Shown in pieces: positions 11,244 through 25,200 of a stretch of DNA of 64,000 nucleotides. The notes under the pieces are model-generated. The model made no database searches and was not told the origin of the DNA. It saw only the letters and a program-made list of their open reading frames with translations. This DNA is from Podarcis gaigeae. Its lineage: Eukaryota. The stretch's first letter is position 1; every line of letters begins with the position of its first letter. The stretch lies in NCBI GenBank assembly GCA_964106915.2, contig OZ066921.1. One strand, 5' to 3'. The position numbers and the translations under genes are program-made.

Positions 11244-13329
11244 ACTGGCTAAAATGTTGAGGTGGGACAAAGTTTTCCCAGTCCTCTGACTCTGGTGTCA
11301 CCAGTAGCTGGAGCAGAGGTGTAACCCTCGCCTCTGCTCTGTCTTTCCCCAGAAGTCTATGGAAGCAAGTTCCCTTAATGAGAGAAAGCTATAGAAATTC
11401 CACTAACAGCTACTCAAATAAGATTTGGGAAAAAATATATATGGCAATTGATCCTCATGTCCAAGAACTTGAGATATCTTTGACCTAGGAATTGAAAAAG
11501 ATTTCCAGCCTGAGAGGGTCACTGTGTAGCTGTTTCACAGGTCTTCAGCATGCGGAGAACTATGAGTCTTCTTAGGTCTTCTGATCTAAGCCCTTCTCTC
11601 TCTTGCCTTGTAACATTTGTTTTTAATTGCAAATATACAGATTGAGTACAAATAGAGTAAGCCTTTCTCCTCTGTAGGCATAGTTTGCCTCTGATTCCAT
11701 TGTGTGATTTTGGGCAAGCTCGTCTTATCAAACAGGCCCAGAGTTCAGAGCTTGCTCTCCTTTCATGTGTGGACCACACTCTTCCCTTTTCAACTTGAAG
11801 CTTCTCTGGGCTGCTTCTTTGCTTGGTTCTTCCTTTTTCTTGTCACATTGATAATGCTGCAACTTAAGGTGTGGTTTTATAGTAAGGTGCAGTCCACCAC
11901 TTCAGGTGGAGAGAAAGGTTGAGAGACTAGGCTTCATTTTACAGTCCTCTCTGCAGGTAGTAGCTCGGTTGTGTCTGCTGGCTTGCAGACCCAGCCATAG
12001 CCTCATAGGAAAGTCAGGTAATGATACCCATCATGGTGATCCATAGAAATCATTGGCATTCCAGTCACCTTACACAGAATCTGTGTAGCTTGTAAATCTT
12101 GACAACTTTTTTTGTAAAAAAAAAAACCTCTCTTTGATTTCTGGTAGCTTCTATGACACTTGGATATGCTCTGATGGGAAGCTGGGGGGCGGGCAGTGAG
12201 AGGAGCTGATCTATGGGCATAATGAATACATCTGATACCTTGTGCTTGAGGTCTTTACGGAGGAGTTAGTCAGGTATAGAGTTAAAATCTTAGCTGTCAG
12301 AGATGAAAAACTTGGCTTCCTGTGTCTTCATGTGCATGAATGAGAGTGAGAAAATGAAAGGCAGGCCGTGTAAATACATCCTGTGGTTTGCTTCTGGTTA
12401 TGTGTTAGTTCAGGGGCAGGCTGCATAGCACTTAACCTGATGTGCTTTTGTAGGGTCTTCTGAGCGTTCTGATCTTCCTTTTAAACATGATTCTAGCCCT
12501 GATTACAGCGCTACACCCCAGAAGTAAAAAGGAGTACTGTAGAAGCATTGTTGTTTATTAAATTTATTAGTTGCTTTTTTTTGCCGCAGCAACTCATAAC
12601 GACTTAGAACATTTTAAACAAAAACACAAGTTAAAACCAGCAAAGAAAAATCTCTACATTAACACACTCCATCCATGCAAAAAAGCCACAGATAATTAAA
12701 GCCAAAGGCCTGGATAAAAAGGAACTTCTTTTGCCTGGCACAGGAAGATATGTAGTGATGGCACCAGGCAAGCCTCTGTAAAAGACAATCGATCAGAGCC
12801 CAAAGTAACAGAGTCAAAGTGTGTGTTTGCACACATGCACATATATTTGGGTTTGATCTCTAAATCCATATAGCAAGGCTGGTTCACATTTGTCATGGGT
12901 AGCATTTTCCAAATAAATGCAGTGTTTTTACCAATGGTTGTTGGTCTTCTGATCTGTTTGGATAGATGAAGCTGCTTTATGCTGGGTGTTCTGATACTAC
13001 TGTCTATTCTGATGACAAGGAATGTGGAGACCTCCAGATGGTGTTGGGCTCAAGCTCGTATCAGCCCCAGCTAGCACAGCCAGTAATTCCAGTATAATGG
13101 GGGTTATAGTCCCACAATATCTGGAGGGCACCATGTTGGCTGTTCCATCTAGCATGCAGTTGTGTGGTTTCTTCCCTTCCTAATCGAAGGTGCTAACTAA
13201 AGATTGGACCTGGGAGTTACATGCAAAGCATGGACTGTGGCCTTGAGCTATGGATCTCCTCTACGGACATGACAAGCATTTTGTCTGCAGATTGCAGGTG
13301 CAGATACCGAGCAAGATGCTCATGCACTT

Positions 13330-13620
13330 CTATTTCAGTGCATTGGCTCCACAGGGGGTCCAGAGGGTGACAACACAAGAACAGGCCTTTTCTGTGTTGG
13401 CTCCGTTTGTGGAATGTTCTCCCCAGGGAGGCTCACCTGGCACCATGGTTACATATCTTTAGGTGCCACCCAAAAACATTCCTCTGTTAATGATCTATGG
13501 CCTCTTAATGCTATGTGTGTTAATATATTTTCTCCTTTGTTTTAATTGTATGCGTGTGTTTTTTTGTTTTGTTTTTGTAAATCACTTTGAGTTTCTTGTA
13601 GCAAGAAAAAGGGACAAATA
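13330..13620 (+). mobile_element. L2 LINE 3' fragment
   Basis: ggccttttctgtgttggctcc..tggaatgttctccccagggaggctcacctggcacc, then a T-rich tail ending ..ttgtaaatcactttgag. Approximate. Confidence 0.55.
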
Positions 13621-16025
13621 CATTTTCTTAATAATAACAATAATTATAGCTCCTCAATGAGAAACTTTGGTGACTGATAGCACAGAAACCTGTCCTTCTT
13701 GAAACAGGTGTCTGACCCAGGATGGGTGTGCACAGGTCAGTGGTTCTGTTTGGGCTGCTATTAATTTGCTCCAGGAGAGGCAGCAGCCAGATTAATCAAT
13801 GCCTCCTGAGGATCCCAACCTCCACCCCACAGACCACTTGAAAAGTGATGCAGGTCTTGGCGGACCATGTGATGTTTCTGCCTATTGCAGTAATTGTAAT
13901 ATGCTGTGCTAGACACTGGGTTTTTTGTTTTTTTGCATTGCTTCTTTTCCTTCTCATATTTGGGTTTTATCGTATTGCAATTTGAAATCAAATGGTAAGA
14001 TGGTGAAATACAATGTAAGAAATAAGAGAAGCAATAAAAATACGATTAAAAACAAGTATGAATGTTGAATGTGATGGATTGCCGCTGTCCTGTCTTCAGC
14101 CACAAATCCACAGCCACACCTCAGACCACCTGACAGGGCTCAGAGATTGCTGGTGGTCCACAGACCACAGTTTGGGAACCCTTGATGTATCTGTTCTTCG
14201 GGAATCCCCAAGTGGCAAAGCTAAGGAAATCTAGGTTCACTAGTTGGGCCCAGAACAATTTAACTTCACATAACTTCAGACCCCTTTTCTCCGGGCCTGG
14301 GGTCCTTTGTCATGGACAAGCAGTTGTGTCCCCTCACTTGTGCTTGAAAAGGTCTGTTTGCTCCATATGCCTGTGTCTTCCATATTGCTTTCTGCCTGTC
14401 ATCTGGCCCACAGAGACCATGTTTTCCCCTGAGGATTGGTTTTTCAGTGAGTTTCTCCTCTAAAGTTCCACATGAGGCTACAGAGCAGAAAGGAAAAGTG
14501 TCTTGGCCCCATCTTTCAACCAAGAGGCCGAGGGCTGTTTGGGGGTTTGTGCTTGCTGTTCGAATCTTTTGTAAGTCGTCTTGAGACTAAATCAATCAAA
14601 GGCAAGTTATAAATAAAACAGCAAGGGACTTCTGAGAAGAAGGCCTTCCCTCCCTTTCAAACTCCATTGGTTGAAGTGCCGATTTAAAACTGGCTTCTGG
14701 CTCTGGGGATGAAGGTTTTGGAAGAGTGCAGCTGTTAGGTATCATGACCAGGCTGGCTTACTATTCTGGAGTGCCATGGCCTTCCTCCACTCGCCCCAAT
14801 CTCCTTATCCGTATGACCAAATGTGGGCAAGCCTTGTGGCTTGCTCTGAGCTAAACTTGCCAAACCCACATAGCTGGCATACCTTCGGCCAGTGAACGGC
14901 GCTAAAATAAGTTTGAGCAGCGAACGGCCCACTGGGTTGCTGATGTCCCAAGGAAAACAGAGTTTTTTGCCTTTGAGCAACAACTGGGGCATGTGTAAAT
15001 ATTATTTTGGGGAGACATTCTGCAAATTTCCTGGAAACATTTAAATTTACTTCTCCCCCCCCCCCCAGCTGCTCTAAATCTATGGAAATCTTATTTAGCA
15101 TGTTTGTTTGCCTAATAGTGCAATTCTAACAATGTCTGCTGGGGCTTACTCCCAGGTAAGTGGGGTTAGAATTACAGTCTTACAGTTTTGTTTGTTTGTC
15201 TTGTTTATTAACCTGTCATGTTTTTTTGTTTTGTTTTGTTTTGTTTTGAGCTGTAAGTTTCCTCCCCAGCCCCTGTAGCTCAAGTCGGTGAGCTGAAATT
15301 TTGGGTTGGGGGAGACCAATAAAGTGCTGTTAGTGTGGCTTAAGTGTCATAGTTGGGGGGAAAAATCAAAACTTTACTTGGAAAATATTTTTATTGACAT
15401 ACGCAGAAATACATTAAGACCTGACAGCTCAGTACCATATGCTTCCCACAAATCATTGGATTTTAACAGCACAGTCCTATGTCTGCTTCCGCAGAAGTGA
15501 GTCCCATTGAATACAGCGGAATTTACTTTTTATAAAGTGTGTTTAGGATTGCAGCATGAAGGGAAAATGAAGGATCCAAAGACTGTTAACATACTTATTT
15601 TAGAATGTCTGAAGAGCTCTGCATAAATATATGTGCTTCCTAAGTATAGTCACCTAAATATCATACAATAAAAACATTGATTTTAGGTTTGAGTGGTATT
15701 GTATCTGTCCCAGTTGCCCAATCTAAGTTGTGTCTGTTCATTATATTACCAATCTTATGAAGCAGTGCATTTCTAAATGTTTTCCTTTGAAAAAAGTAAT
15801 GGTGGGAAATTTCCTACCCAGCATTACTACTGGGTAGAAGAACTTTGCACTGAGTTTTTTTGTGTGTCTGTGTAATGAGTATGTCAGCATACATACAACT
15901 TTTTTGCTTTTTACCAAGGTGAGCTCTTTTGAGATTTTGACTGGTGGAAAAGTCTTTGCCCTCTGACGAATCTTCTTATCACAGCCTTTAGCCTTTCACT
16001 GAATGGGATCTGATCAAAGTACATA

Positions 16026-16251
16026 CAGTGATACCTTGGGTTAAGTACATAATTCGTTCCAGAGGTCCGTTCTTAACCTGAAACTGTTCTTAACCTGAAG
16101 CACCACTTTAGCTAATGGGGCCTCCTGCTGCCGCTGCACCGCTGGAGCACAATTTCTGTTCTCATCCTGAAGCAAAGTTCTTAACCCGAGGTGCTATTTC
16201 TGGGTTAGCGGAGTCTGTAACCTGAAGCGGCTGTAACCTGAGGTACCACTG
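16026..16251. mobile_element. Tc1/mariner (Tigger-like) MITE
   Basis: TA|CAGTGATACCT..AGGTACCACTG|TA termini with TA target duplication; internal ttaacctga repeats. Confidence 0.9.
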
Positions 16252-16884
16252 TATTGGATTGGTCAGACAGGGGCAACCAGAGGTTGGCACTTTCCTTGCA
16301 TGGGTTCACCAGTAAGGTGTTTAATATTTGTGTCATCAGGGATCAAACCTCTTGTTTAAATATCTTTATCACCTTTGGGGTCATCAGTTATATAGCAGCG
16401 CAACATGCAAAAACTGCACGGTACTGCAGCTGAGTTATGGTTGGAAGTGTCAGTGTGACAAAAGGCTGAAAGTGAGACCTGTTTGCTAATCCCATTTTTT
16501 ATTAGTCACCAAAGAACACTTTGGGGGTGTATTTTCAGTGGCATAATGGGGCATCAAGCTGGAGTTCTGTTGACGGTGAGAGCTACCAAAAAGTGAGCAG
16601 GACTTTGTAAGAAACATATACACAGTTATAGATAATCCTGTTCTGTGTTTCGGGTGCTTTGTGGCAGCATGCAGTGATTATCAGGGCTAGGAAAGTATCA
16701 CTGCAGTGCAGAGGCATTGGAATGTTGTGATACTTTTAGGTACCAGAGTATCTCCCAACTGTAGGTGCAGGTTAGACTGATGAGATGTAGAGAACTCAAC
16801 AAGATATACCTGTATGTGTGTGTGTTGGTGTGTGTAGTGGAGAGGATATTCTCTTGCATGCTGCTCAGGGTTCTCTTGCAGAGG

Positions 16885-17600
16885 ATTAGAAGGGGACTAG
16901 GGGGTCACTTAGCCCAATCCCCTTTACAGCAGATACAGCATCCCTGGCAGACAACTGGCAGTCTCTGCTTAAACAACTCCAACAGAGGTGCCCATCTCTG
17001 CCCAAGGTAATATTACCACTAGGGCGTTCCTCCTGATGTTTAGCTGAAATCTTCTTCCCTGTCATTTCCACCTCTTGGTACTCGTCCTTTGTAAGATGTC
17101 TGTGCACAGTGGTAAGCAAACCAGGCCTTCACCAGTCTGTCCTGACTGGTGACAACGAGAGAGTTTCATCACAGCCCTGAAATCTTCCAGGTCCTATCTT
17201 GTGAACATGAATACTCCAGAATCTACAAGCTGCTCCACCTGCCCAGCTTGTAAAGAGAAGGTCTCACCAGAGATTTCCTATCATACATGGAGATATCCAT
17301 CTTCAGATCTCTGAAGGGCTGCCACATGGAAGATGGTGCAAACTTGTTTCCTGCTGCCCCAGAGGTTATGACCCGCATCAATAGATTCAAATTACAAGAA
17401 AGGAGATTCTGATTAACATCAGGAAGAACTTTCTGATGGTAAGAGCTGTGGAACAGACTCCCACAGAAGTTGGTGGAGTTTTTTAAGCAGAGGTTGTGTG
17501 GCCATCTGTCAGGGATTCTTTAGCTGTGATCCCTTCATTGCAGGGGGCTGGGCTTAGATGACCCTTAGAGTTTCTCCCAACTCTACAATTCTATCACTCC
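16885..17600. mobile_element. CR1 LINE 3' fragments (minus ~16885-17075, plus ~17280-17600)
   Basis: aacatcaggaagaactttctgatggtaagagctg..tagatgaccctt..ccaactctacaattctat is a typical CR1 3' end. Confidence 0.7.
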
Positions 17601-20600
17601 GCAAGGCCATCTTCGATAGAACTTTTAATCCAAAGCAAACTTTCTGGTCCTGCCAGTCTGTTCCCACCATTTCTGGAGCATCAGAGAAGAAACATAACTT
17701 CCTAAGCTGTATAGCACCGGCGACACTTGGGTAGGGCCAGCCTCGTTTGTGTTGGGCCCTGCCTTTCCTCTTACCCCTCCCCTCTGCTTCTGGTTCCTAC
17801 TGGGCTGGTTATATGAATTGGTTGGTATGGTGTATCTTGAGCCCTGTTCCGGTTGCTGTTTAAGCATGTAAGTTATCACATGAGAAGCTTGTGTGGAGGG
17901 TGCTAGCTCTCCCCACCCCCATTTTCAATGCTTTCCACTATTGTTCCAAAATGTACAGAGACAAGAGGCTTCCGTCTACAGACAACTTCCCTTCAATTTG
18001 TGGAAGGTGATGAAAATAAGCTGGGGGCGCAGCTACTGTATTTGTCATGCGGTAACCTGCATGCTTAAACAATGCCTGAGTAGGGCTCTAATCTCTAGTT
18101 TTCCAAAGTCCCTGGTTCTCCTGTTTTCCAGCTGCATCAGCCTTTGTTCAGGGCTGAAAAAAATCCAGACGCCTGATGATAGGTGTTTGATTCTGGTGCC
18201 TAGAAAGCCAAAATACTGAAATAGGCCTAAAAACATACTGCTGGCACCAAAAAGCCAGATGATGTCACCTAAGACCAATCTTCACCCACCTAGTGCCCTC
18301 CAAATGTTTTGGGCTACAACTTTTCATTAGCCCCAACCTCTTTTATAGTTTCAGAGTGGGCTTGGTGAAGGCTGCTTAAGTCTTTTAAATAACTTGCACA
18401 CCTTTGGTCATCTGGGTGGTGAAAGCTGTTAGATAGAGTTCCCTGGTCCAAGGCAGATTCACATTGGCACACTGCCTATCCAAGAGAGCTTTTTAAAAAT
18501 ACCTACTTACTTACTTATTTTTAAGCCGACCTCTTTGTGCATCTTCCGTATGTTGACGGTCCCATTCACAATCCCTAGCATGTCAGGGGGCTCACCAGCA
18601 TGCACTGCCTCTCCATTACAGCTGCCAGAAGGATATTGGAAATTTCCACTTCCATTTTAATCTTCTGAACTCCATAGTTAGTTGAAACAAGCCAGCTTCA
18701 TAAACTGTGGCTTTAAGCTGCCTTTTCCCCATTGATGGTTGTTAAGGCTAACCACAGTTTGTTGGGGTTCAGGCAGCACAGCAAGCTATGCTGAACCTAA
18801 AACGCAAGCCAAACTCCCTGTCGCTTCTCTGTACCGAGGGGAGGGGCTGGCTGCAATGCCTGCTCGTAATGCAAAACTTTGGTTTAGATTTACATCTGCA
18901 CCAGGTCGTCTTCTGTATCCCATATCTGTTTGCTTACTTCCCCTGCAGCAGATGGCATTGTCATCAAGAACCACTCTTGCCATGCTCCTCTCTTTATTAG
19001 GAAAGATTTCCTTCTAAGGATGCATCAATATTTATTGGGTGGGACTGCAGGCTTGTCTCCTCATTCCTAGGCACATTCTCTCTCTCTCCAGGAATTGTTT
19101 AGGGTTGGGGAACCTGTGGACCTCCAGTTGTTGTTGTACTCCTGCCCACATCAGCCTCAGCCAATGATTAAGGAGGATGGGAGTTAAGCTCCCTACTCTC
19201 TCCCTGCAGCGCTTTATCTGCCATGCTGCCTCTCTTCTCCCTAACAGCAACCACAGACACCCTGAGAGCTTTGAGGGCTAAAAACACAGTTCTCCTTGTG
19301 TGGCTTTCTCGTCATCCTGAATAGCTGGGTTTTGTGGCATCTTCAGCATCTCTGAAACAGGGTTTCCTTGCGCAGAACTTGCAGGCCAGTTGTGTTGCAG
19401 ATTCTGGAAGCCAAGAGGAGGCGGCCAGAGGGCGGGCTATGGTTCAGTAACAGAAGGCGCTGCGCTTGGCTGGCTGCTCCTTGCAGGCCATGCATAGTGG
19501 AATGAAGCAGATGTTTACTTTTGCTCTTCGGAGGCAGCCAGATCCAAAGCTGGGGGCCACAGTGCAGAGAACAGCTGGCTTTGAATCAGGCTGCAGCATT
19601 GCTGCCTTTCCCAGCCACGTGCTTGTGCTTTTGGCATCACAATACCGGCATCTTGGCACCTAGAAAAGCTGTGTCCTGCAACCTGGATAAATTCTGCCAG
19701 TTACATATTTTCCTCTGTCTCTGCCGATGGTTGCAGCTCAAACCCCAGGCCAGTATCAGTGACTGTTTAGCTCTACCCCCCCACCCCAATTTGAATGTCT
19801 TTACTGGGCATAGATTTCCTCATGGATTATTGTGAGTGCAACAAATACCTTTATATTAAAAAAAATAGTGGAGATTTTCCAGGTTGCTGAATTCTGTGCT
19901 GCGTTTGAGTGATCTGACATACATTTGTGCTCTCAGCCCTCCTTCATTGCTGGTGCTCTATGTAGTCTTTGCTGTTGAGTTTATGATTCTCAGACTGGAA
20001 GAGATGGGCAGGCAAAGCTGGCCAGGGAGACCTGTTCTTGTGTACCAAGTAAACTCAGAGAGGCGAATGGGAATGTGTTGTGAGATTTTGGATGGCTCTT
20101 TTGGTATCACACATTCTCCCCTTTGACCGTAATAAGGCAGTGCCCTTCTGCCTATTCTCCACATGAACAAACAGATCTTCTTCTCCCATAATCTCTGCCA
20201 CCAAGTATCAGCTGAAGGCAAGTGACAGCAGCTCTTGGAGGGTTGGCTGAGCCCACAGTTTCACCATAGCTTCTGTGTATTTGTTTTATCAGTGAACCTT
20301 CACAGGGTGAGAAGCCCGAGGGAGATCCGGGCCAGATTCCCCCATGGGCTCCCTTTGTTCCTCTTTTGACAGAACATCAGCCACTGCTGGGAGATCCCCT
20401 TGGCCCCTTGCCACCTGGGCGGCTCTCTGTCCTGGCAAGGCTGCAACAACAGCTGACATTTCAAGTTTGATGACAAATGGTGCCCGCCAGGAGTCTCCAG
20501 GGAGAAGTGACTCATCTCCTCTGCATGCCTGTCAACTTCAGCAGCGTGGGAACCTCTCTCATATTTCCCCATCGTGTCACATTATGCTCAGTTGCTTCAG

Positions 20601-22128
20601 CCTTGGGTGGGTGGTCCTGTGCGCCAGGGGCTGAGCAGGCTCACAGTCCCCATTTTGAAATCCCTCTTGTGTTTTCAAAGACCACCCTCAGCCCTATTTT
20701 CCTGGATGTGTCTAGGGTGATGCCTCTTGAGGAAGGTGAATGTGCTTTCAATTCAGCCAACATTGCCTTGGGCTCTTGGCTCCAGAAGCTGCAACGTGGG
20801 CAGCTTCACTGCCACTGCTTCAGTTTGTGGCCACTGCTGGTTCATCTCATCCTATTTGACTCAACCTTAGAGGCGTTGCTCACATTATTGGTGCTTTTCT
20901 GTTTTTGTATGAAAAGTGTAAATGTGCTTGGATTTTGGCTGTGATTGACAAAGCAACAGTCCTACATAACAAGGCTGTGACAGCTGCTGCAGCTGAGCTT
21001 GCTTTATCTGTGGATCACTTGAGGCCAATCTGGTGTCTGATCCTGGGCATTGGGCAGGGGCACAGTTAATTTCTCTTAGCCTTTGTTTTTCCTGTATGTT
21101 TCATCTGCGACCTTTGCCCAGGGTGGGCAGTATCTGGTGGCTGTGAGTGCATGGCAAAGGCACAAGGGATTAAGAGAGTAGCACAGCCATCTTTTCCCAG
21201 GGGCTTTCCCTGGCAGGGATGGAATAAAGCGGGAGAGAGTTGCATTTATGGACTTGAGGACAGTTCAGAATTAGCCAGGCACCAGTCGTACTTTGCACCT
21301 GGCTATGGAGCACTTGCAACCAAGTGAAGATGCCAGGATGGTACTTGGCATCTCCATCATCTGGGGATCATTGTATCTGGACTGTTTTCACACACTAATA
21401 CCCCGTCCTGTAGAATTCTATCACTTATTTTTTTATAGGCACAATTAGAATGAATTTCTGGAACCAAAATGCTTTTTCTGTGCAGCTTAATCAGGAGCAG
21501 TCGCTATTAAGAAAAAGGTTGGAATAAGCCAGTATATACATGGACTGTCTCTGGATCAAGTGGCTTTTCTTCTTTAAGTTCTCAAAGTTCTTAACCTAGC
21601 TCAAGGTTGTCATCTGAACTAGCCAGTTGTTTAAATGAGAATCAATCACAGTCAGTCCATTGTTTGACAGTTAAGACTTTAGAGACATTTTACCCCAAAA
21701 TGGCAACTAGACATTCCGTTTTGGTGACTCTAACCTTGGTTTAAGGAGCCATTTGGCGCCTAGCTTATATATCTGAGTTTCTAACACTGCTCGAGGAATC
21801 ACCTTCGCTCCTAGAGCAGGGGTCACCATTTTAGGACCATTTTGAATTTTGAGTGAGTACTGTAGGTGCCATTCAGAAAATAGCTGTTGGCAGGGAGGTA
21901 CATAACACAAAATTAGAGAGACATGCCAACCTTATGCTTACTATGGGAAGTCAGCTATGTTCTGTGGGTCCTGAGTTTGGAGATCATGCAATACTTCTCT
22001 CCCTCTCCCCCCCACCCCCTCTGTAGCCTAGGATATGTAGGGGCATTACAGAGGGAAAGACATGAAAGTCACGGGGGCTCCTTCAGGGCCTCACAATAAG
22101 TGTCTGCTCTCTTTCCCCAGAACTCAGA

Positions 22129-22234
22129 ATGAACCAGCGAGTGTCTGACAGAGGGGGCGGGGAAACGTCCACCAAGGCTTTCTGCCCAGGAATTTCCAGC
22201 AGCAACACCAAGCGGGCAGGACCTTTCATTCTCG
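22129..22234 (+). CDS. STK40: STK40 coding exon 1 (exon starts 22121)
   Basis: MNQRVSDRGGGETSTKAFCPGISSSNTKRAGPFIL; acceptor tttccccag, donor gtaagc. Confidence 0.93.
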
Positions 22235-25200
22235 GTAAGCAGGAACAGAGCCTGTGATCTGCTGCATTGCACCTGGCAAAGGCAGGCTGCAACCTACCCT
22301 GTGCTTACTGTGCAGCTGGCGTGCAGAATGCAAGTTAATCAAATGTGCATAGAGCTTGCATTGGGCACAATTAATTCTCTGGCAACATTCTGCCCACCCC
22401 TCTGGAATCTGAGATCCCTCCATATTCAAGCTTATTTTCACAGCCAGGTGGCTTAGGAGCTTGGGTTGTTTTTTTCTAAATTTGGGAAAAGGGGGACTAG
22501 GTAAGGTTTTGAAGGAGAGCTCTGTCCCTGGTACCACATTGGTGCTTCTCAGTAGCACACAGTGTTGCTCACCTTACAGCTAAGTCACTGCTGCTTACTG
22601 GGAAAGTAGGAGGGGCAAGGTGGTGGGGATGTCAGTGCTGTGCAACACACAGGCAGGGATGCTGTATTATCTCTGCTCCTGGCGACCTCCTTGCCCCTCC
22701 AACTCTCCCTCCTGGTAAGCAGCAGAGACTTGGCTGTCGTCATTCAAGCACTGCTCCACAGATCTGGCCCTGACTTAGAGCACTACCTTTCTCCTTTTGG
22801 TGGTTTGCTGTGTCCAGTGCCCAATCCCAGCCACCTTGTTTCCTTGTGATATAGCCCAAGTGCAGCCTCCAAAGGTCCTGTGGTGGTTTAGACTATGCTG
22901 GCAACCACTGAGCAGCAGGAGGGCTTGCGCCAAAAGTAAAAAACAGCCAGGCTCTTCTGGCATGTGTGACGTTTCTGCCATGATCCAATTCTGGAGGAGG
23001 TGCCCTTTCTTGTATCTCCTTTAAAAGACCTAAAATGCTATTAAAATGTAGGTATCCTTTCTCTCTATTTAGATGTGCAATCAAGAAGAATAGTAATTTA
23101 GTTCTAAGTTACCTGATACCATTCTGTCTTTATATTTCCTTATTCAGATTAATTCCAGGTTGGTACATACTAAAATACCAATCAATAGCACCAAATACAC
23201 TTAAGCCCACTACAGCGATAATATAATAAGCTGTAGTATGGTCCAGTATTATAAATGCAGTCATTAACCGTAATCACTTAAATTAGTTTGAATGGATTAT
23301 AGCAGTTAATATCTAATCCATATCTATTCCTCATAAAGTTTAGAAATAATGTTCAGTGGTGATGAAAACTTTGTCCGTCTGTCCCCCAGACTGCCATCTT
23401 TTAACTGAATGTTCTCAGTAATCTTGGCAATTTCTACAATAGTCCAGATCTCGAGCAATCACATTTTTGTTGATGTGACAAAAACAATTGACTCTCCACT
23501 TTGCTGAAATCACCATTTTTGCAGCTGACAATAGTTTTCACACTAGCCCCTAATTTTCTTTCTTTACTGTGTCATTCACATAACCTACTGACCTCAAGAG
23601 AGGATCTAGTGGCATTGTGTAACCTCATGTTAGGCACAATGTATAGTTAGCTTGTTTTGGGAAAGGATTTAATTTACAAGCAAGCTCACCATCTGTGGTA
23701 GAAATTAGCCAAATTTTGAGTACAGCACCAGCCATGATCTCGGGCTTTTAAAATATTCTAAACTGCTTGTCTAGGTCAGATACCACTTACATAGTTTAAT
23801 GATTCTCTCCTTTTCCAACAAGATGGTTTGAGGGGGATCTTTTGCAAATATAAAGTGCCATATCTGATATGATATATCTGAGCCATTCATTTCTCCCTAA
23901 GCTTCTTAAAAGCTATTACAACTACCATGCAAATTTTAATAATATACTGTACATTTTTTTACTTCTTACCGTAAATCTTTGACACCAGATTATTTGAACT
24001 ACTTTGGATTAGTATGACAGTACTTCAAAGTCTTACTATTTTTAGAAATACAACTGTTGAGATGTAAATATTGGAGCCAAAAGAGCGGTTTCCTAATTTT
24101 TCAACCATATCTGTTCCGCTCACTTCACTAACACAAAGGGAGACAGTAAAGATAATCCTGGACTTTTTTTTAATTAAAAAAACTGTATCTCATACTTCCT
24201 AAACAGCAGTCACACAAACATCATTTATGTGGCCGCTGTTTTCTGTTTCTCTTCATCAACCCTCACTTGGGGCTGCAAAGCATTTGGACCTCCATGCTCT
24301 GAAGCTCTGTGTGACTTACAGAAAGACATGCAATCCATCCCGGGCAGGGAAAGGGAACTTCCTGATAATCAGGGTCAGCAGCTGAACTGCCAGCAGTGAG
24401 CAATGTAGGTGATGAGTCAGAAGAAGCAAAGTCCATTGTTCTGCTTTTGCCTTCTCAGGGCCTCGCTTGGGCAACTCCCCAGTGCCGAGCATCGTCCAGT
24501 GTTTGGCAAGGAAGGATGGGACAGATGACTTTTACCAGCTCAAGGTAAACAGCAGGTGGAATTCTTTTTTCTGGAGAAGAGCTGGCCAGGTTGCGGAAGC
24601 ACCGGCAGCTGCTGCAGTCTGTGGCCTTGTTCCTTCTGTGATTGCCGGCCTTTAAACCGCTGACACCACAGCACAAAGTGCTGCAGCTCTGCCCAAGTCC
24701 CCAGGGTTTCCTTGGTCCAGCTGTAAATATTCCAAGCACAGAGTTTGATGTTGGAGCTTGTTGACTTTCGAGAAAGGAATGCAATATGTGTTTGTGTGTG
24801 TGTGTTTTCTTTTCTTTGCCTGCTTTCCCCAAAGATCCTTACCTTGGAGGATAGGAATGACAAAGGCACAGAAACCCAGGAGGAGCGACAGGGCAAGATG
24901 CTACTCCACACAGAGTACTCGCTTCTCTCCCTCCTGCACAATCAGGACGGGGTGGTCCACCACCACGGCCTTTTCCAGGTAAGCACAGCCATCCTGGGCA
25001 CACTGGAGCTCTGTATCCCTGCCCAGCCCAGCCGGTTGCATGTTCTATCAGCTTTTGCACTTTGGAGAGATGTGGGCCCCTGTTCCTCAAAAGACACTGC
25101 ACACCTATCCAGCTACTCTTGTGACCATGATTGCCCCCATATTTGCTTCACTTATATGTCACTCTATTGATATTATAGTGTTTGCAACATGATCCACCCC

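Noticed and set aside
14860-14960. CpG-retaining patch with a MEF2-like CTAAAATAAG in STK40 intron 1
   Set aside because: Imperfect motif match; an enhancer cannot be supported without alignments.
20300-20944. ORF cluster in STK40 intron 1 as a possible extra coding exon
   Set aside because: No similarity to STK40 or any protein I recognise; the STK40 CDS is complete without it.
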